DNA from: the human T2T-CHM13v2.0 reference genome, Homo sapiens
Assembly (NCBI RefSeq): GCF_009914755.1
Contig: NC_060925.1
Strand: one strand, 5' to 3'
Length of the DNA stretch: 64,000 bases
A program made the position numbers and the translations under genes. The notes under the pieces were generated by a model that did no database searches, was not told the DNA's origin, and was given only the letters and a program-made list of their open reading frames with translations. How positions within the stretch are numbered: position 1 is the stretch's first letter; each line of letters starts with the position of its first letter. This document shows positions 1-17,850 of the stretch, in pieces.

Positions 1-374
1 TGGCTCCCTGAACTTCCATTTCTTCCTCTATAAAGTGGGAATAAAAAGATTAGAACTTAAATGACTCAAATATCTAGCACAGGGATAAAAATTCAGTAAT
101 TTAATTATTATTTAATTATTACTAAACTCCCTTCACCAGGATAAAGTAGGTATGGGTTGGAGATCTATCATTACTCCATTTTTATAGATGAAAAGGTTAA
201 GCTCAAAGGAGTTGCATGAATTGTGTTAGGCAAGGGAGTAATTAATATAGCTGTGCTCGGGGCTAACTAGCTGACAGATTGGCTGGCTCTTGATTTCTCT
301 CTTCCACAATGCTTTTCCATAATTAGGGCTCTGCTGGATTCATCAGCTTTAAAGAACCATTGAATTATTTAAAA

Positions 375-686
375 CAGGGATTGGCAAACTATGACACACT
401 GCTTGTTTTTATATGGCCCTCAAGTGTGGTTTCTAAATTTTTAAGTGGTTGAACACAAAGAAAAATAGTATTTTGTTTAAACTTGAAAATTATTAGAAAT
501 GTAAGTTCCAGTCTCCATAAATAAAGTCTTACTGGAACACTGCACACCCATTTGTTAATGTACTGTTCTGTAATGGTTTTCATGCTCCAACAGCATATTT
601 GAGTAGTTGTGACAAGAGACCATATGGCCTGCAAAGCCTAAAATATTTACTATCTGGCCCTTTACTAAAAAAGTATGCCAACCCTG
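375..686 (+). mobile_element. MER58-like (hAT-Charlie) MITE with intact TIRs and TSD
   Basis: Ends CAGGGATTGGCAAACT...AGTATGCCAACCCTG flanked by an identical 8-bp TSD ATTTAAAA (367-374, 687-694). Confidence 0.85.
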
Positions 687-1375
687 ATTTAAAATGTAAT
701 TTTCTCTTGTAGGATAGACATACCAAATATACATCTTCTAAATGAGTAATGAATATACCTTAAAATTAAAAAATCAAGTGTATCTGATAAGTGTGCAGAG
801 TGAAACATTTTGATCACAGCAATTGGAATATTTAAATGAGACAATAAATATTTATGAGCATTTTAGAAGTATTAAGTCATTTGAGCTTCACAACAACTCT
901 AAGAAGCAAGTACTTTTTACATCTGAGAGAAGTGAAATTCAACAAGGTTGGGAAATATATCAGAGGCCACAAAGCTAGTAAATAGCTGGGCTACAATTTT
1001 AATTGAAGCCTATACTTCTACCTACCAGACCAATATCACATAATGGATAGCCCAACAGTAAGAAGCTTTGTATAGGTAGGCTTACCTAATCTCTGCCTTT
1101 CCAAAATCTATTCCCTGATGTTACCTTATAGCTAGTTTCATTACTTCTCTAAGATATTTTTTTCCTTCTGTAAAATGAGAAAAATACCTAACTTGAGAGG
1201 TTTTTTTTTCATTGACAATATTCAATATAATTGCCAGGTTATTGTAAAGACAATATATTTATAATGCCCTACCTGTATCAATATATCACATGTACCCCCA
1301 AAATATGTGCAACTATTATGTATCAGTCAAAAATGGCCATATATTAGGTCACACAGAAGCCTCAATAAACTAGTA

Positions 1376-1376
<1 letters not shown>

Positions 1377-1417
<41 letters not shown>

Positions 1418-1432
1418 TACATATATATGTAT
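1377..1432. repeat. (TG)n(TA)n(CA)n compound microsatellite
   Basis: tgtgtgtgtatatatatata...tacacacacatacatatatatg. Confidence 0.9.
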
Positions 1433-2559
1433 ATTACAATGCCTGGATACTATATTATATATGTATCACAATGCAAAAAAATATATATTTTACAATGCCT
1501 GGCATACTATAAATGATAGCTACCACTACTTCATTACTATTGCATAGGAGATATTTTCTTAAGATGCACATGCATAGCAAATCTGCTAAGCCAACTCTGG
1601 GGGCAGAGGGAGGTGGCAGCTATAAGAATTGCAAAGACAATTAAATATGTTCCTTAGACCCTGAAAGAAAGCCTAGCAATCATTCCCAGGCTGTCAGTGT
1701 TTGTTAGACAGCTTCTCCTCCTGGAGATGGTTTCTGCACCCACAGTAAAGGAAAGGAGTGACAAATACTGCTGAGGTTGGGATGAGGAGCTGGTAATCCA
1801 TCCTAGGTCAGTTCTTCATAGTTGATGAATGGTGTTTGCCTATAAGAAAGTGTGTGCTCTACGGGAAGAATCAACATTAGCATGTGGAGAAGAAACAGCT
1901 ATTATGTAGAAATAGTAGAGGCAGCAGTTGTGAGGAAAGGTAGGCACAGTAGTTGTAATTTTTACTCTAGAATTCTCTTCTTTGAAAAAGTAAACTAGAG
2001 AGACTGAGGCACTGAAACGTGCTATGACATTACTTTGAACCCCTACCAGGGAAAATACCTGCTACAAGATTTCCTTAATCTCTAATCTGGTAGCAGATAT
2101 TTCCCCTGGTCACGAACCTAGGAGTTTATCTTCCATTGCTGAACAAACAATAATTACCTTCCTAGTGTGGGCCAAGCACTGTTGCCAAGTACTGTGATCA
2201 GATCTTCTCAACTGATTCTCACAACTACCCTGTGAAGCAGATGTTGATATCTCCATTTTATAGATGTGAAAACAGACTTGGAAGGGGCAAGTGATGCTGA
2301 ACCTGGCCCAACACTGCTGGTAAGAATCAGAGGTAGGATTGAATCAAGTCTTTTGACACCTATTCCACTGCCCTTTCAACTAACCTTAGCTACCACTCAT
2401 AGCTAGTGTTCTGTGTGGATACAATGCCCTACATGTATCAAAATATCACATGTACCCCCATGTGTTAATTTGTTAATTCATTCAACAAATACTTATGAGT
2501 ATGAAGAAGTGTCTAAGAGGGAGCACACACTGCAGTAAAACCCAGACACGGGAGGAAGC

Positions 2560-2760
2560 ATGGAGGACAGGGGGAATAAGGAATGACTGCAAATGGGTAT
2601 GGAGTTTTTTAGGATGTTGAAACTGTTCTAAAAGTAGATTGTGGTGATGGTTATACAACTCTTGGAGTGTACTACAAATGACTGGACTGTACACTTTAAA
2701 TGGATGATATTTATAATATGTAAATTATATCTCAATAAAGCTGCTAAAAAAGAAGAAAGA
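2560..2760 (+). mobile_element. Old L1M 3' end fragment
   Basis: 'gaatgactgcaaatgggtatggagttt...gtggtgatggttatacaactct...tatatctcaataaagctg' L1MB/MC-type 3'UTR. Confidence 0.7.
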
Positions 2761-2956
2761 AAATAAAAATAAATATACCAAAAAAGGATATACTCTATAA
2801 GATTAGAATAGAAATAGGCATATGTCATGAGTCTTTACATCAAAAGAGAATATTGTACAGGATTATGATATTATAGTTTGATTTTGGTACATGTCATAAT
2901 AAAATAAATGATTATAAACATAAGAACAAAACAAATAAACAAAAAAGCCCAGGTAC

Positions 2957-3262
2957 AGCCAGATGCAATGGCTCATGCCTAGAATCCCAACACTTGGGGA
3001 GGTAGGTGGAGGCAGGAGGATCACTTGAGCCCAGGAGTTTGAGGCCAGCCTGGGCAACATAGCAAGACGCTGTCTCTACAAAATAAAAAAGTCAGCCAGG
3101 TGTGGTGATGCATGCCTGTAGTCCCAGCTACTCAGGAGGCTGGGTTGGGAGGATCGCTTCAGCCAAGGAAGTCGAAGCTGCAGTGAGCCACGATCACACC
3201 ACTGCACTCCGGCCTGGGTAACAAAGTGAGACCCTGCCTCAAAAAAAAAAAAAAAAAAAAAA
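2957..3262 (+). mobile_element. Alu (AluJ-like)
   Basis: Dimeric Alu with poly(A) tail. Confidence 0.92.
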
Positions 3263-3335
3263 GGGTGGGGGGATTCTTAATTCTTTCCTGCTTAACTCCC
3301 ACAGGTGTTATGTTAGGCTCAAAATTAGGTTTGCT

Positions 3336-3490
3336 GCCCAGGTGTGGTGGCTTATGCTGTAATCCCAGCATTTTGGGAACCTTAGGCAGAAGGATCGCTT
3401 GAGGCCAGGAGTTCAAGACTAGCCCTGGCAACATAGCGAGACCCAGACTCTACAAAATAAATAAATAAATAAATAGGTTTTTTTTTTTTA
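3336..3490 (+). mobile_element. Alu monomer (FLAM-like)
   Basis: Left monomer + (TAAA)n tail; TSD-like aaattaggtttgct / aaataggtttgct. Confidence 0.8.
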
Positions 3491-4949
3491 AATAGGTTTG
3501 CTAGGACACCTTTTTCCATACCAATAAGATACATTTAATAAGAAAGCATTGAGCACCCCTTAGTTCTGGTCTTGTACTAAGTGCTTTACAAAGAAAACAA
3601 CTGTGAAGCATGCTCATGCTTCCTTTCCAAACTTTAAGTTCATTTCTCTGTGAATTGAGAAGCAGGGTCTGAATGCATAGAAATATATACAAGTTTTGAC
3701 ATAGATGGGAACAGAAAAGAATTCCCTCTTAATTTGAAAAGTTCCCACTGATCCATGATTCCAACAAATCAATGGTATAATTCAACAATTGAGGTTAAAG
3801 TTAGTACCTTATTCCTATTTGAACTCAAATGTAAATGGTGCTAGATTTGCTCATTTCCTTGAGTAAAAGCTGTAAGAATTAAGGCCTTTCAATTTCTTTT
3901 CCAGTTTTACAGAATTTGATGAGTCTAAAGTAAGCCATCCCATAACATCAGTAAACATACCTTAATTAAACTGGAATTTTAACATTATAATTTACTTTTA
4001 GAAAAAGAGGCAAAAGCCAAATAAACTGATAATAGGAACTTACTTTAAAGATGCTCTGGAAGTCCCAGACTTGTTCTTAGGGCAGTACAGATTCTGCTCT
4101 GATAACCTTCTACACTGACCACACAGGATGAAGTGAAACAGTATGAGAAGGATGAGCCCGAGACACTGAAAGACCTGGATGTGCTTTCCAAATCATTACA
4201 TAAGACAAACATGAAACTTAATAGAATATATTATACTTACTAAACGATGCACAAAGATTATACTAAAACATGTTTTCAAAGAAGTTGAAAACCAGGTTAT
4301 CTTCTCTTTGCACAAACTTATTCTATATATACATATCCATTTCACCCATTTCAGTTAATCTAGGGTTACAACATATTATGACTAAAGTCCATTAAGCAGT
4401 CAGTGTCCTTCAAGGTTCGACAAATTACTAGATTGTTTCTGTGTATATTTTTAAGTTTATAACTTGATAATTCATTGATTGAAGTTATGGCCATTTGTCT
4501 ATATTAGGGCTTATTAGGACAAACACTATTTGCTGACTTTGGAAATGCTTATTTTTCCTGTGCTTACTCATCTCTAAGGAAGAAAGACTAAACCAGATGA
4601 ATAAAAACCCTCCCCAACATTTCAATAGGCTAAAAACCCTTAATATGACATAAATAAGGGTAAGGGTTTAAAGACGATGAGTTCAAATACTTAAGAGAAT
4701 TTGAAAGCTGTATCCCCTTACAGTTGTTTTTGAAAGTACTTAGCACGTGAAAATAACCAATGCTTACTAAGCAAGAGGTGTTATTTAACATTTGTGTACC
4801 TTATCTCTAGAGATATCCCAATATCCAATTACATGCACCCTGTCTTCCTGTACTCCACCCTCTATTTTACAGTTGACAAAGTGGACACAGAGATTATGCA
4901 ATCTAACATCACACTGCTAGTAAATGCCAGAGCCAGGATTACAAGGACT

Positions 4950-5090
4950 CTTAAACCTTGATGTAGATGTAAATTGCCTGGGGCATCTTGATAAAATGAA
5001 ATCGGATTCTGTAGTGCTGGGGTGGGGGCTGAGAGTCTATATTCCTAACATGTCAATGTTCCTGATCCACAGACCTTCCTTTGAGTAGTA
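4950..5090. mobile_element. MER5-like hAT fragment
   Basis: 'cttaaaccttg...gattctgtagtgctggggtgggggctgagagtctatattcctaaca...tttgagtag'. Confidence 0.55.
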
Positions 5091-5154
5091 AGATTATTAC
5101 AAGATTCAGTAAAGAATGTCTAGATGCTCCTCCATCCTGTTTGTTTTAGAATAT

Positions 5155-7837
<2,683 letters not shown>

Positions 7838-8089
7838 TATGTGCACATATGGTGATAGGGATTCAAGAAACTAAGAGCTTCAGTTCAGTGTCCCAAGTTA
7901 TACCATGGGATTTTGTTTGAGGCAAAACTGTGATCATGTGTCATTTGACTTACTCTGTGAAATGACATTTGCTATATCTGTAGTGAGGCATTTTTTTCAC
8001 TATGTTGCAATTTATTTGCACTTAGCTGGAATATCTCTTTTATAATTTTGTTTCCAGCACCTAGCAGACAGCCCAAAAGTTTATTGCAG

Positions 8090-8510
8090 AAAGCTAGCAC
8101 CAAACTCTTATTCTCTTCATCCTGGGCCCACAGACTACATTTCCTAGCCTCCTAAACTTACACTTAAGTGTAGCCAAGTGACTGAGTTCTACATAATGGC
8201 ATTTGAACAGAAGTGGTATGTGCCACCTCCAGTTCTGACATATAAAAACTTTGTGGGCAGGTCCTCCATGCTGTTTTCCCATCTGCCAGCTTGAAGCAGA
8301 AAAGCACGAATCCTTTGGGAGCCACATGTTGAAGCTGGCAGGCCCCCAATATTGAAGATACTTAGGTCTCTGAATCAGGACTTGGAGAAGAGCTGCTTGC
8401 TCATCAGGAACATCTGTTTAGGCTTTATGTGAAAAATACATTTCTACTGTGGTTAAACCATTATGCATTTTCAGATTGTTTGTTATGGCAGCTAGCATTA
8501 CTTCGACATA
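8090..8510 (+). mobile_element. Old MaLR LTR (MLT1-type)
   Basis: 'ctacatttcctagcctcc...gaagtggtatgtgccacctccag...gggagccacatgttgaag...tttgttatggcagctagcatta'. Confidence 0.7.
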
Positions 8511-9696
8511 TAGATCCTTAGTAATGATTTGCTGAATGAGTAGAAGAAGTATAGATTTTCTCTGTATTGTGATCTTGCCCATTTCAGGCAAGAACAAGCT
8601 AGAATTTCCATGCTATCAAATTAATGTCAGAAAAAATGAGCTCATAGGTAAGAATTCAGTTTCTCTTGTGAGAGCCTCCATAATTTTATTATGAAGCTTA
8701 TCTTGGCATACTTTTGGCACTTGATAGGGTATCACTGCCCAAGTCTGTGCAGTTTTCTAGGTGGTGTAAGTTCATCATATTCAGATAAACATTTTCTTAG
8801 TGTTACTTGGTTGCCCAAGAGGTGATTCTAAATGCTGCTTTCCTGTTTAACTTTGCTGAAAGGAGGAATTTCTATTTAAGGGATGAGACAGTAAATGAGC
8901 ATTTGTGTAAAAAAAAAAAAATCCCAAATGTTTAAATTTAACATTAAACCCACCTCAAAATATTTTCACAATCCCACAATGATGATTGCTAACCTCTGCT
9001 GCTAGTTCCTGAACTCTGGTCCTCCCCTGGAACTTGGCTAAGCAAATGTCATGTAAACAAAAAATAAATAATGAATTTTTTAAAATCCCCCTTCTTTAGA
9101 GGACATAAGTGGGAATGTTAAAGTCTGACAGCTGTGCAAATGTAGTTATCAACCAAACAGCTCAAGCTATCAGTGGCAATGTCACCGACAGTACCTAGAA
9201 TCTACATGATTTGGCGTTAGTCCAATCTGCTTTAACCTGCCTGAGCCTCCATTTCTTCATTTGTAAAATAAGGGGTTTCAGTGATTCTGAACTGTCTGAG
9301 AACCAGTATCCCCTTTCATAATAAATTTTAACACCTAATTTACTTTTAGAAATAAAATTGATAACATAACCCCCATTTCAAAAAACATATTTTATAATTT
9401 ATATTATTTCAAAATGTAAATACCAGACACATCTAAACTAGAAAACATAAATAGTCAAATGCTTTATAAACCTACTAATAAACAGTAAGTTTGGATTTTA
9501 AAGAAGCAAAAGACTAGAGGCCATCCCATTCAAGTAGTAAAGGAAAAGTTATATAAAAATGTCTTATTTGTATTCAATAAGAGAAAGAGGACCATAACTT
9601 TAACTGAACTAGGCTTATAACTCAAGTCAAATAACATTGTTGAAATGAAGAAAATTAGGAAGACTGGGCTGTATCTATAAATGTTATGCCAGAGCA

Positions 9697-10011
<315 letters not shown>

Positions 10012-11287
10012 TGATATGTTGAGGCAGTGATGAAGTATTACAGAAAACATATGTTCTATCTTGATAACCTGCACATATGGAGAGAAATTCATTCACTAAA
10101 CTTGAAGACTCTAGAAATGTAGAAAAGAAGCTGCAATGGAAAAGAATCAATAATTTCCACAACATAGATTATTATTATTGTGTTGTTATCTAGGATGGGA
10201 TAAAGGGACATATTTTAAAAATAATCTTAATTAACAAAATTCAATAACAGCCTCATATTTCATGTCTCTACTACTTTAATAATTTGTGCAAATTTATGTT
10301 TTAGTAAGTAGAGAAAATTTTTAAATTTGATAACTACCATCTTCATTAATAAATAATTACTGGAGTAGTTTCTTTTGCAACTCTCTACTAGTATTTCCTC
10401 CCATTACCCAAACAGAGACGAAGCAAAACAAACAAAAATCCAGCCTACAGTATGTTTCTTCATTTTTACAGAATTGCAGAGTTTACCTTAGAAAACTAAG
10501 AAAAGATAGAAGACTGACTAAAAACTAAAGTTTTGAAAGATGTTTTACATATGAACATTAGGATGTTTGCACACTATTTCACAAAACTGACATGGAATAA
10601 TACTGATGGGGGGAATGCTTTTTCTGCAAAAAAAGCTATATTGCAATTCAGGGAGAATCTCATGTTATTAGTTACTGATCACAAATATGCAAGAGAATAA
10701 TAATGCTAAGTTGAGCCCAATGGTCTGAATATTCCTTTACTGTAGCACAATCTGGCATGACTGCCTTTAAATGAAATCTGTATTTCACATCAATTTGAAA
10801 TCAGCACATCATACAATTTTTAAAAGGAAATTTAGCTATTTACCCCTCTACAGAATCACTGATTTGACAATAAATATTTTTGAGAAAATATAAGAAAATA
10901 AACTTTCTAAATAAGCAATTTACATTGATATTCTATATTTAAATTATGTTTTATAAAAGCATGCGCTTTGGAGTCAGATCTGGATTTGAATCCTGATTCT
11001 ACCACTCAATATGTAATATATATAAAGAGCTTAGCAGCGTTCAAGGCACACAGTAAATCCTCAAATGTTAGCTGTTATTATTTCTAATCAAAGCAGTGGT
11101 GGCTGCTATTTATAAACACTACTATGCATGCTTTATGTACATTATTGCATTTGTTCCTCCTAATTATTCAATTAATATTATCCCTGTTGAATACACAAAA
11201 ACACTGAGGTTCAGAAAAAGTTGAGAAACAGGCCCAAGGTCTGAGTGTGTCAGAAGCCAAAGCGCCAATGCTACTGACCACTAAATT

Positions 11288-12020
11288 GTTGCTTCTTAAA
11301 CTGGGGTCCATGCAAAATCCTTGTGGAGTATATATGTGTTGGGTGTAGGAAAGTGCCCATGAACTTACTATGAGAATTATGCATTATTCATGTTGATGAA
11401 ACATTTTAAAATAATATTCATGCTCTGAATTATTTGGATAATTGTATTAAAACCAAATATTGGCAGAACCATCTCAGTGCTTAGGTTTGTATTTGTATTG
11501 ACTTCCCTGTTAAGGCCCAGTTCTACATTAGTGGTGGAAGGCTTATGGAGAACAGAGGCTGTTTTAATAGGGGAATGATGGATTCAGGCTAGATGAGGAC
11601 CAAATAACATCACTATGTGCTGAACAAATTAAAGTAATAGTCTGAATAGGAGAAAACAGGGTGAATTGGGTCATCACATAGTACATGGCAGTACATGCCT
11701 GTTGAACTGAAAAGAGCCTGTACTGTAGCACTCAGTACCATAATCACATTACAAGTGACAATTTCATTTTGTCAAAACATCACTATTTAATACTATTTTA
11801 AATTTTATTAGTTTTATAGTTTTGCTTGTGTTAACCCATAAACTTGTTTTGGTTTTATACTTGTGCAAGACATATAAACATAAAGCATTTATACCTAGTT
11901 TTATGTTTATATATATTTAGATAACATTATAATAAATATAAATTAAGCAAAAACTGAGGAGCTAAGAGATTTTTTTCCTTATTAAAAAGTGAAGTACATT
12001 ATTCAGTTTGAGAAAACTGG
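11288..12020. mobile_element. hAT-Charlie-like DNA transposon relic
   Basis: Termini resembling 'cttcttaaactggggtcc' and 'agtttgagaaaactg'; family not resolved. Confidence 0.4.
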
Positions 12021-12209
12021 TCTACACGGTCGGTCCTGCTTGTGAATGTCGTCTTCAGGAGGTAACTTCTATTATCACCAACCTCACAGGATTTGTAAGA
12101 GCATTAGAAGAGACGATGAACGTTAGAGTGCCTGGACCACAGGAAGAATTACAATGACAGTTCTGTCTCCTTTCCTTGAAAGAGAAAATCTGGAAGCTAA
12201 ATGCAGTCT

Positions 12210-12385
12210 ATACTCTTTTACTCTAACTATGGTCTGGGGACCAGGAGAATTGATAACACCTAAGAGCTTGTTAGAAACTGATAATCCCAGAGGCCACCCC
12301 AGAACTATTGAATCTGAATCTCCATTTAATAATATCCTCAGCTGATTTGATACATGCACATGAAAGTTTGGGAAACACTAGTCCA
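12210..12385 (+). mobile_element. MER5A-like MITE
   Basis: 'gagcttgttagaaa...ccaccccagaactattgaatctgaatctccatttaa...aaagtttgggaaacactagt'. Confidence 0.75.
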
Positions 12386-13309
12386 GGTCTCCACAGAGAA
12401 TGTTGACTAAAATTCACTGAGTTTTTAACTACTCTTAAGGTTAACTTTGGTAATTAGAGAAAGACCTCATGTAAATGGTCAAAAAATAATGTCCCATCCT
12501 GGGGTTCAATATAAACACTATTATTTCACTATTGATTCTTCATAGGCTATATTTGTATAGAGTGAGACCCTCTTTAAAAGGGATCTAACTTCTAATTCAG
12601 AATGAGCAAAAAATATTTTAAAATACAAAGTTTTCATAAAAGCTTTCTGAATTTTCAGTAAGCAAATTGTAAGATCTGTCAATTTAAGCATTTTTAGGTT
12701 TCCTTCGCCCAATACCAATTAAAATCATTTATATATGTTAAGCTCTTAAATATTTAGCTCACAAGATCTGGTCTAACAAAGTCCTGTCTCAGTCTGTGAT
12801 GACTGTGTGCTTACGTTAACGAAACACATTACAAAAAAAAAAGGTATGACTGTGTATATAAAATGTATTAGCTTTACTGTCCAACAAAAGTATCAGATCA
12901 CATTCTGCAGTTGTGATTTTGTTAGTGTAATTCACCTACAGAATACCTATGCTTTTCTTCCTGAACTCAGTGGTCCTATACATTTAAGGCATACTGTACT
13001 TGAAAAGATTCAAAGATGCTGTTCTTAAAAGTGTAAAAAATAACTAATATACAAGAGAGTCACTAATATCTAAAATGATCTTGATACCATCTGTTTAAGG
13101 ACTAGTTCAGTAAGACTCAAAGATTGAACTAGGTTATTTATTGCTCTATGTTCTCTACATATGGACCACAGAAGTCCGACTCAAAGAATGTAAAACAAGG
13201 CAGATTATGCATATATGTGTGTGTGCATGCATGTATATGTATATATGGTTAGGCCTACCAGGCAATCCTTATCATCTCTGGGTTTATGATATGACCTAGA
13301 TTATAGGTA

Positions 13310-13657
13310 TGTTATGAACTGAATGCTTATGTTCTCCTCCTCGTCTGCAAATTCATATGTTGAAGCCCTAACATACAAAGTGATGGCATTTGGAGGTGGG
13401 GCCTCTGGGTGGTAATCATGTCATGAGGGTGGAGCCCTCATGAATGAGATTAGTGCCCTTATAAGAAGAGACAGGAAAGTAACGATGTCTCTCTCTCTCT
13501 GCCAAGTGAGAATACAGCAAGAAGCCAGAAGAGGGCCCTCATCAGGAATTGCGCTGGATGGCACTTTGATCTTGGGGTTTCTCAGCCTCCAACTGTGAGA
13601 AATAAATGTGTTTTGTTACGCCACCCAGTTTACGGTATTCACCCAAAATGACTAAGG
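13310..13657 (+). mobile_element. MLT1A-type MaLR solo LTR
   Basis: TGTTATGAACTGAATG...attcatatgttgaagccctaa...gtgagaaataaatg...gactaag. Confidence 0.85.
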
Positions 13658-13808
13658 TAAGGTAAAGCCCTCCTTTCATTCTTCATGGTCTTTTTGCAAA
13701 ACAAGAGTTAATTATATGCCAAGAAGCATTAGTGCCAGCACAGTTAAAACACTCTAGCGCACGTTAATTATGATGATTACAACTTAAGAAAACTATAATC
13801 AGAAACCT

Positions 13809-14133
<325 letters not shown>

Positions 14134-14566
14134 CTAACTAACTCCAGTTTTCAAGGTGTTTTTATATTATCCTGCAGTTCTTTTGGTCCTTAATACAATC
14201 AATCCACTGCCACTAGAACCATGTAACTCTCCTCTATATAGTACTTCAAATTCTAATCATTTCTGTGCATATATTAAGCAATTTAAACTCTATATACATA
14301 CATACTGTCAATGTATCGGGGAAATACAAAGAGTGATCTTTAGTTTATGCTGAATACTTAATTTTATCACTTCTCCATTAACTGTTATAAAGACAAGACT
14401 AAACCTACAGTTTGAATTCATTAAACAATATCCAAGCAAACAGAAAAGAAGAGGAAATAGGCAAGCCATGTTTTTCTACTAGAGTGACTATACTTATCCC
14501 TCTTTAAAAAGAAGTGATATTTTCAATTTCAGAAATTTGATTAAAAAACTACATCTATTTTTCCTA

Positions 14567-15034
<468 letters not shown>

Positions 15035-17802
15035 TCACGAGTCTAATAAAGGCTGAACCTTTTTTAAGAGGTAATTTTCACTATCAAGAAACTTGGATAT
15101 AGATGAATTAAGAACCCAAATACACGTGGAAGCAAGAAGTGTACTTGTTTTAAAAATCATATTATGCCTTGCATGATTAATAAATTAATATTTTATAACT
15201 TGTGTCTTCAACAATTCAATTAGCATTTGGCATGACCAAAGTTTAATTAAATTAAAGACTTGGTGGTGCTTTGAATTAACATCAGATGCTGGTGGTCATC
15301 TCCATCCAGTATCCCCTTTATCCTCTAATATGTCCTTGAAAATGGCATGTATTATTCAGGCTAAACCTTTTCACAAAGGCAGATTGGTATACCAAATGTT
15401 GCTTAATCATTTCAATATCAAGGTCATTATATTTCTCCTCTAGGATTTGGTACTTTGAAGCAACTTCATTCTATAACACTTTAGACATCTATAAAAGCAT
15501 GAACTTGGTCCCACATCAAATTTAGTTTCAGTGAGAAGAGTGGTCCTTATCTTTCTTTAGTCATCATTGAATTATAAAACACAGTTGATATGTATATAGT
15601 TCTGTATCACCTTTATACCCTAGGACATCAATTGTACTAAAATCTCAGCATATGTAGAATCCTGCTTGGGTTACTAAACATTAATATACTGGTATGAATA
15701 TAGCAAAGGAACATCCTTTCAAAATCATTGCCTGTAAGAAATTGTATATATAAATTTGCTTCCTTTCAAATTGGCAAAGTAGCTTACGGCCTCTATTATC
15801 TCTACAGAAAATGGTTTGGGCCAGGTTCTTGAGGTAGCCAAGTTCCCCTTTAACAAAGAAAAGTTGGCAGACTTTCATAGCTGCTCCTTGTGAAGAAGAT
15901 ACCTCAAATATGATCTCACGATTGACTGTAGAAGATGAAGTTAAAGTTGCAGACTTTTAAGGTACAGTGCCCAAGGGGTTAAAAAAAAAGTACTGTTTGA
16001 GAGAAAGCTTAACATCCGACATCTGACTGGCTGCCTGGATGTGATGACCTAGGGGACATAAGAGAAAATCTTAACATAGATGTATATATAAGGATCAAGT
16101 AATTTTGAGGTCTGACACAAAGAAAATGTGTTCAATACATGCAAAAGATAAGAACCTTTATCTAAAAAATGTAAAGTCTCTTCTTGTTTATATGGGAAAA
16201 TACAGGATGAATTTAATGCACTATAGGGGCATTTCCCTATCATAAATGAAGAGAATATGTTTCTTTGATCTCCAATGAAGAATTAGTTTGGGCAGAAAAG
16301 AATGGGACCCTTGGAAGCACTGATCTGGAGCACATGATAGAACAGAAAGGTTCTGCTTTTTTTTTTCTCTGAACTGCCAATGTACGTGATGGGGTGAGGA
16401 AGATGGGGCTGTGGGGAGGTGGCTGTAGGAATCAAAAAAAGTACAAAGCTACCCAGATGGGAATAATAATGGTTTGACCTTAATTCAAGAAGAAATGTTT
16501 AAAATGGCCAACAGATGCCTCTTATTGAAGTATAGCATCAGGGGATGAGCAGGCCAGAAGAGATTCTGGACAAAAGAGGAAGGAGGTCATCAGGGTTGGA
16601 ATTTTACACTAACAGGTATTGCCACACAAAAAGAAAAATCACTCAAATGGTATCAAGGACAAGAGGAGTGCTGTGTAGCATTCCCTCATATATATTTATT
16701 CCCATTTAAAAACTAACTGAAGATACCCCACCACAACAAAGCCCTTTCTAAATGCTATCTTCATGATACCTCTGTGAGGTAGGCAGCATAATTCTAATTT
16801 TTACTCATAACCAAGCTAAGGCACAAATAGAGCCTGAGTGGTAAAAGTGGTCTTTTGCCAATTATCAGCTCCCTGGATTTGTTCACTGTGACACACTTCC
16901 TCCACACTGATGCAGGCAACTCAAGAGATGCTGCTATGAAATGTCCTTAGAGGTAGTAGACCTGATAGCTAAACAAAATCATTCATGACTCTGGAAGACA
17001 ACACACTCTCTAAATGCTCACTGCTGGAGTCTTGGAAGATGCTCTTAAGAGTACTAATATGTGCGGTCCTTTTGAATAAGACCAAATCATCCATGATTAT
17101 AGGAAAAAGGCTGAAGATACAGTCTTCTTGTTTCACCCCACACTGTTGAGATCGGAACTGTGGCAATCTTAACAAGTCATATAATCCAAGGAACCTTAGT
17201 CCTTAAACTTTAGTCTTAACTTGTACATTAACATTCTAAGTCCTATGTTTTGCTAATGATTTTGATGTTTTTTGTCAGATACATTTCCACATTCTTGGAC
17301 TCAGGTAATTCTCTTTTAACACAGCCAAATTATCTTTATAAAATATACATGGTATTAACACCATGGATCTGAAGCAAACAATGCATCTGGTTAGCATACA
17401 TTGGTTCTGTATATTTCGAGAATCACTTAAGTACACAAAGGAAGCGTGCAATGTTAGAGAGATGATGTGAACAGTCTTGGTGGTTTATCTAATGGAGAAT
17501 TCGGTGTCCTTCAGGAAACTAAAGATACTCAAAAGTTGCTCCCCAATTTCTATTAACAATCTAAAAATGAACATTTCCATTTCATATAAATATACAAATT
17601 TAAAATGTGTGCAGTTCAGAATGGCCTACCATTTTTAGATTGCTTATGTGCCAGAAAATATACAGTCAATAAAAAAATACCAGAGAGGTGGGGACAAAAG
17701 GCTCTCTGGATCTGTACAGCAACAATGAATATCACTTCAACAGGTAGCTATTCGTGGAGGAAGTGGCATCCTGGGAACCAAGAAGCACTGAAAGATGGCA
17801 GG

Positions 17803-17850
17803 TCACAAATCTGGTGATGGGGGATATGATGTATAGTAAGGCCCGTTTTC
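17803..17850 (-). CDS. GDAP2: GDAP2 terminal coding exon (approx. exon 14)
   Basis: polypyrimidine tract + ccacag|GAAAACGGGCCT...GATTTG TGA; ENGPYYTSYPPSPDL*. Confidence 0.96.
   Translation of the reverse strand, partial: ENGPYYTSYPPSPDL

Noticed and set aside
4039-4180. Possible minus-strand lncRNA exon (donor AAAGTAAGT near 4043)
   Set aside because: No convincing acceptor or polypyrimidine tract and no partner exon identified
17737-17805. Stop-codon read-through (TGA-C) giving a 21-aa extension PAIFQCFLVPRMPLPPRIATC
   Set aside because: Context is TGA CCT, not the efficient TGA CTAG motif; no targeting signal in the extension; no supporting evidence
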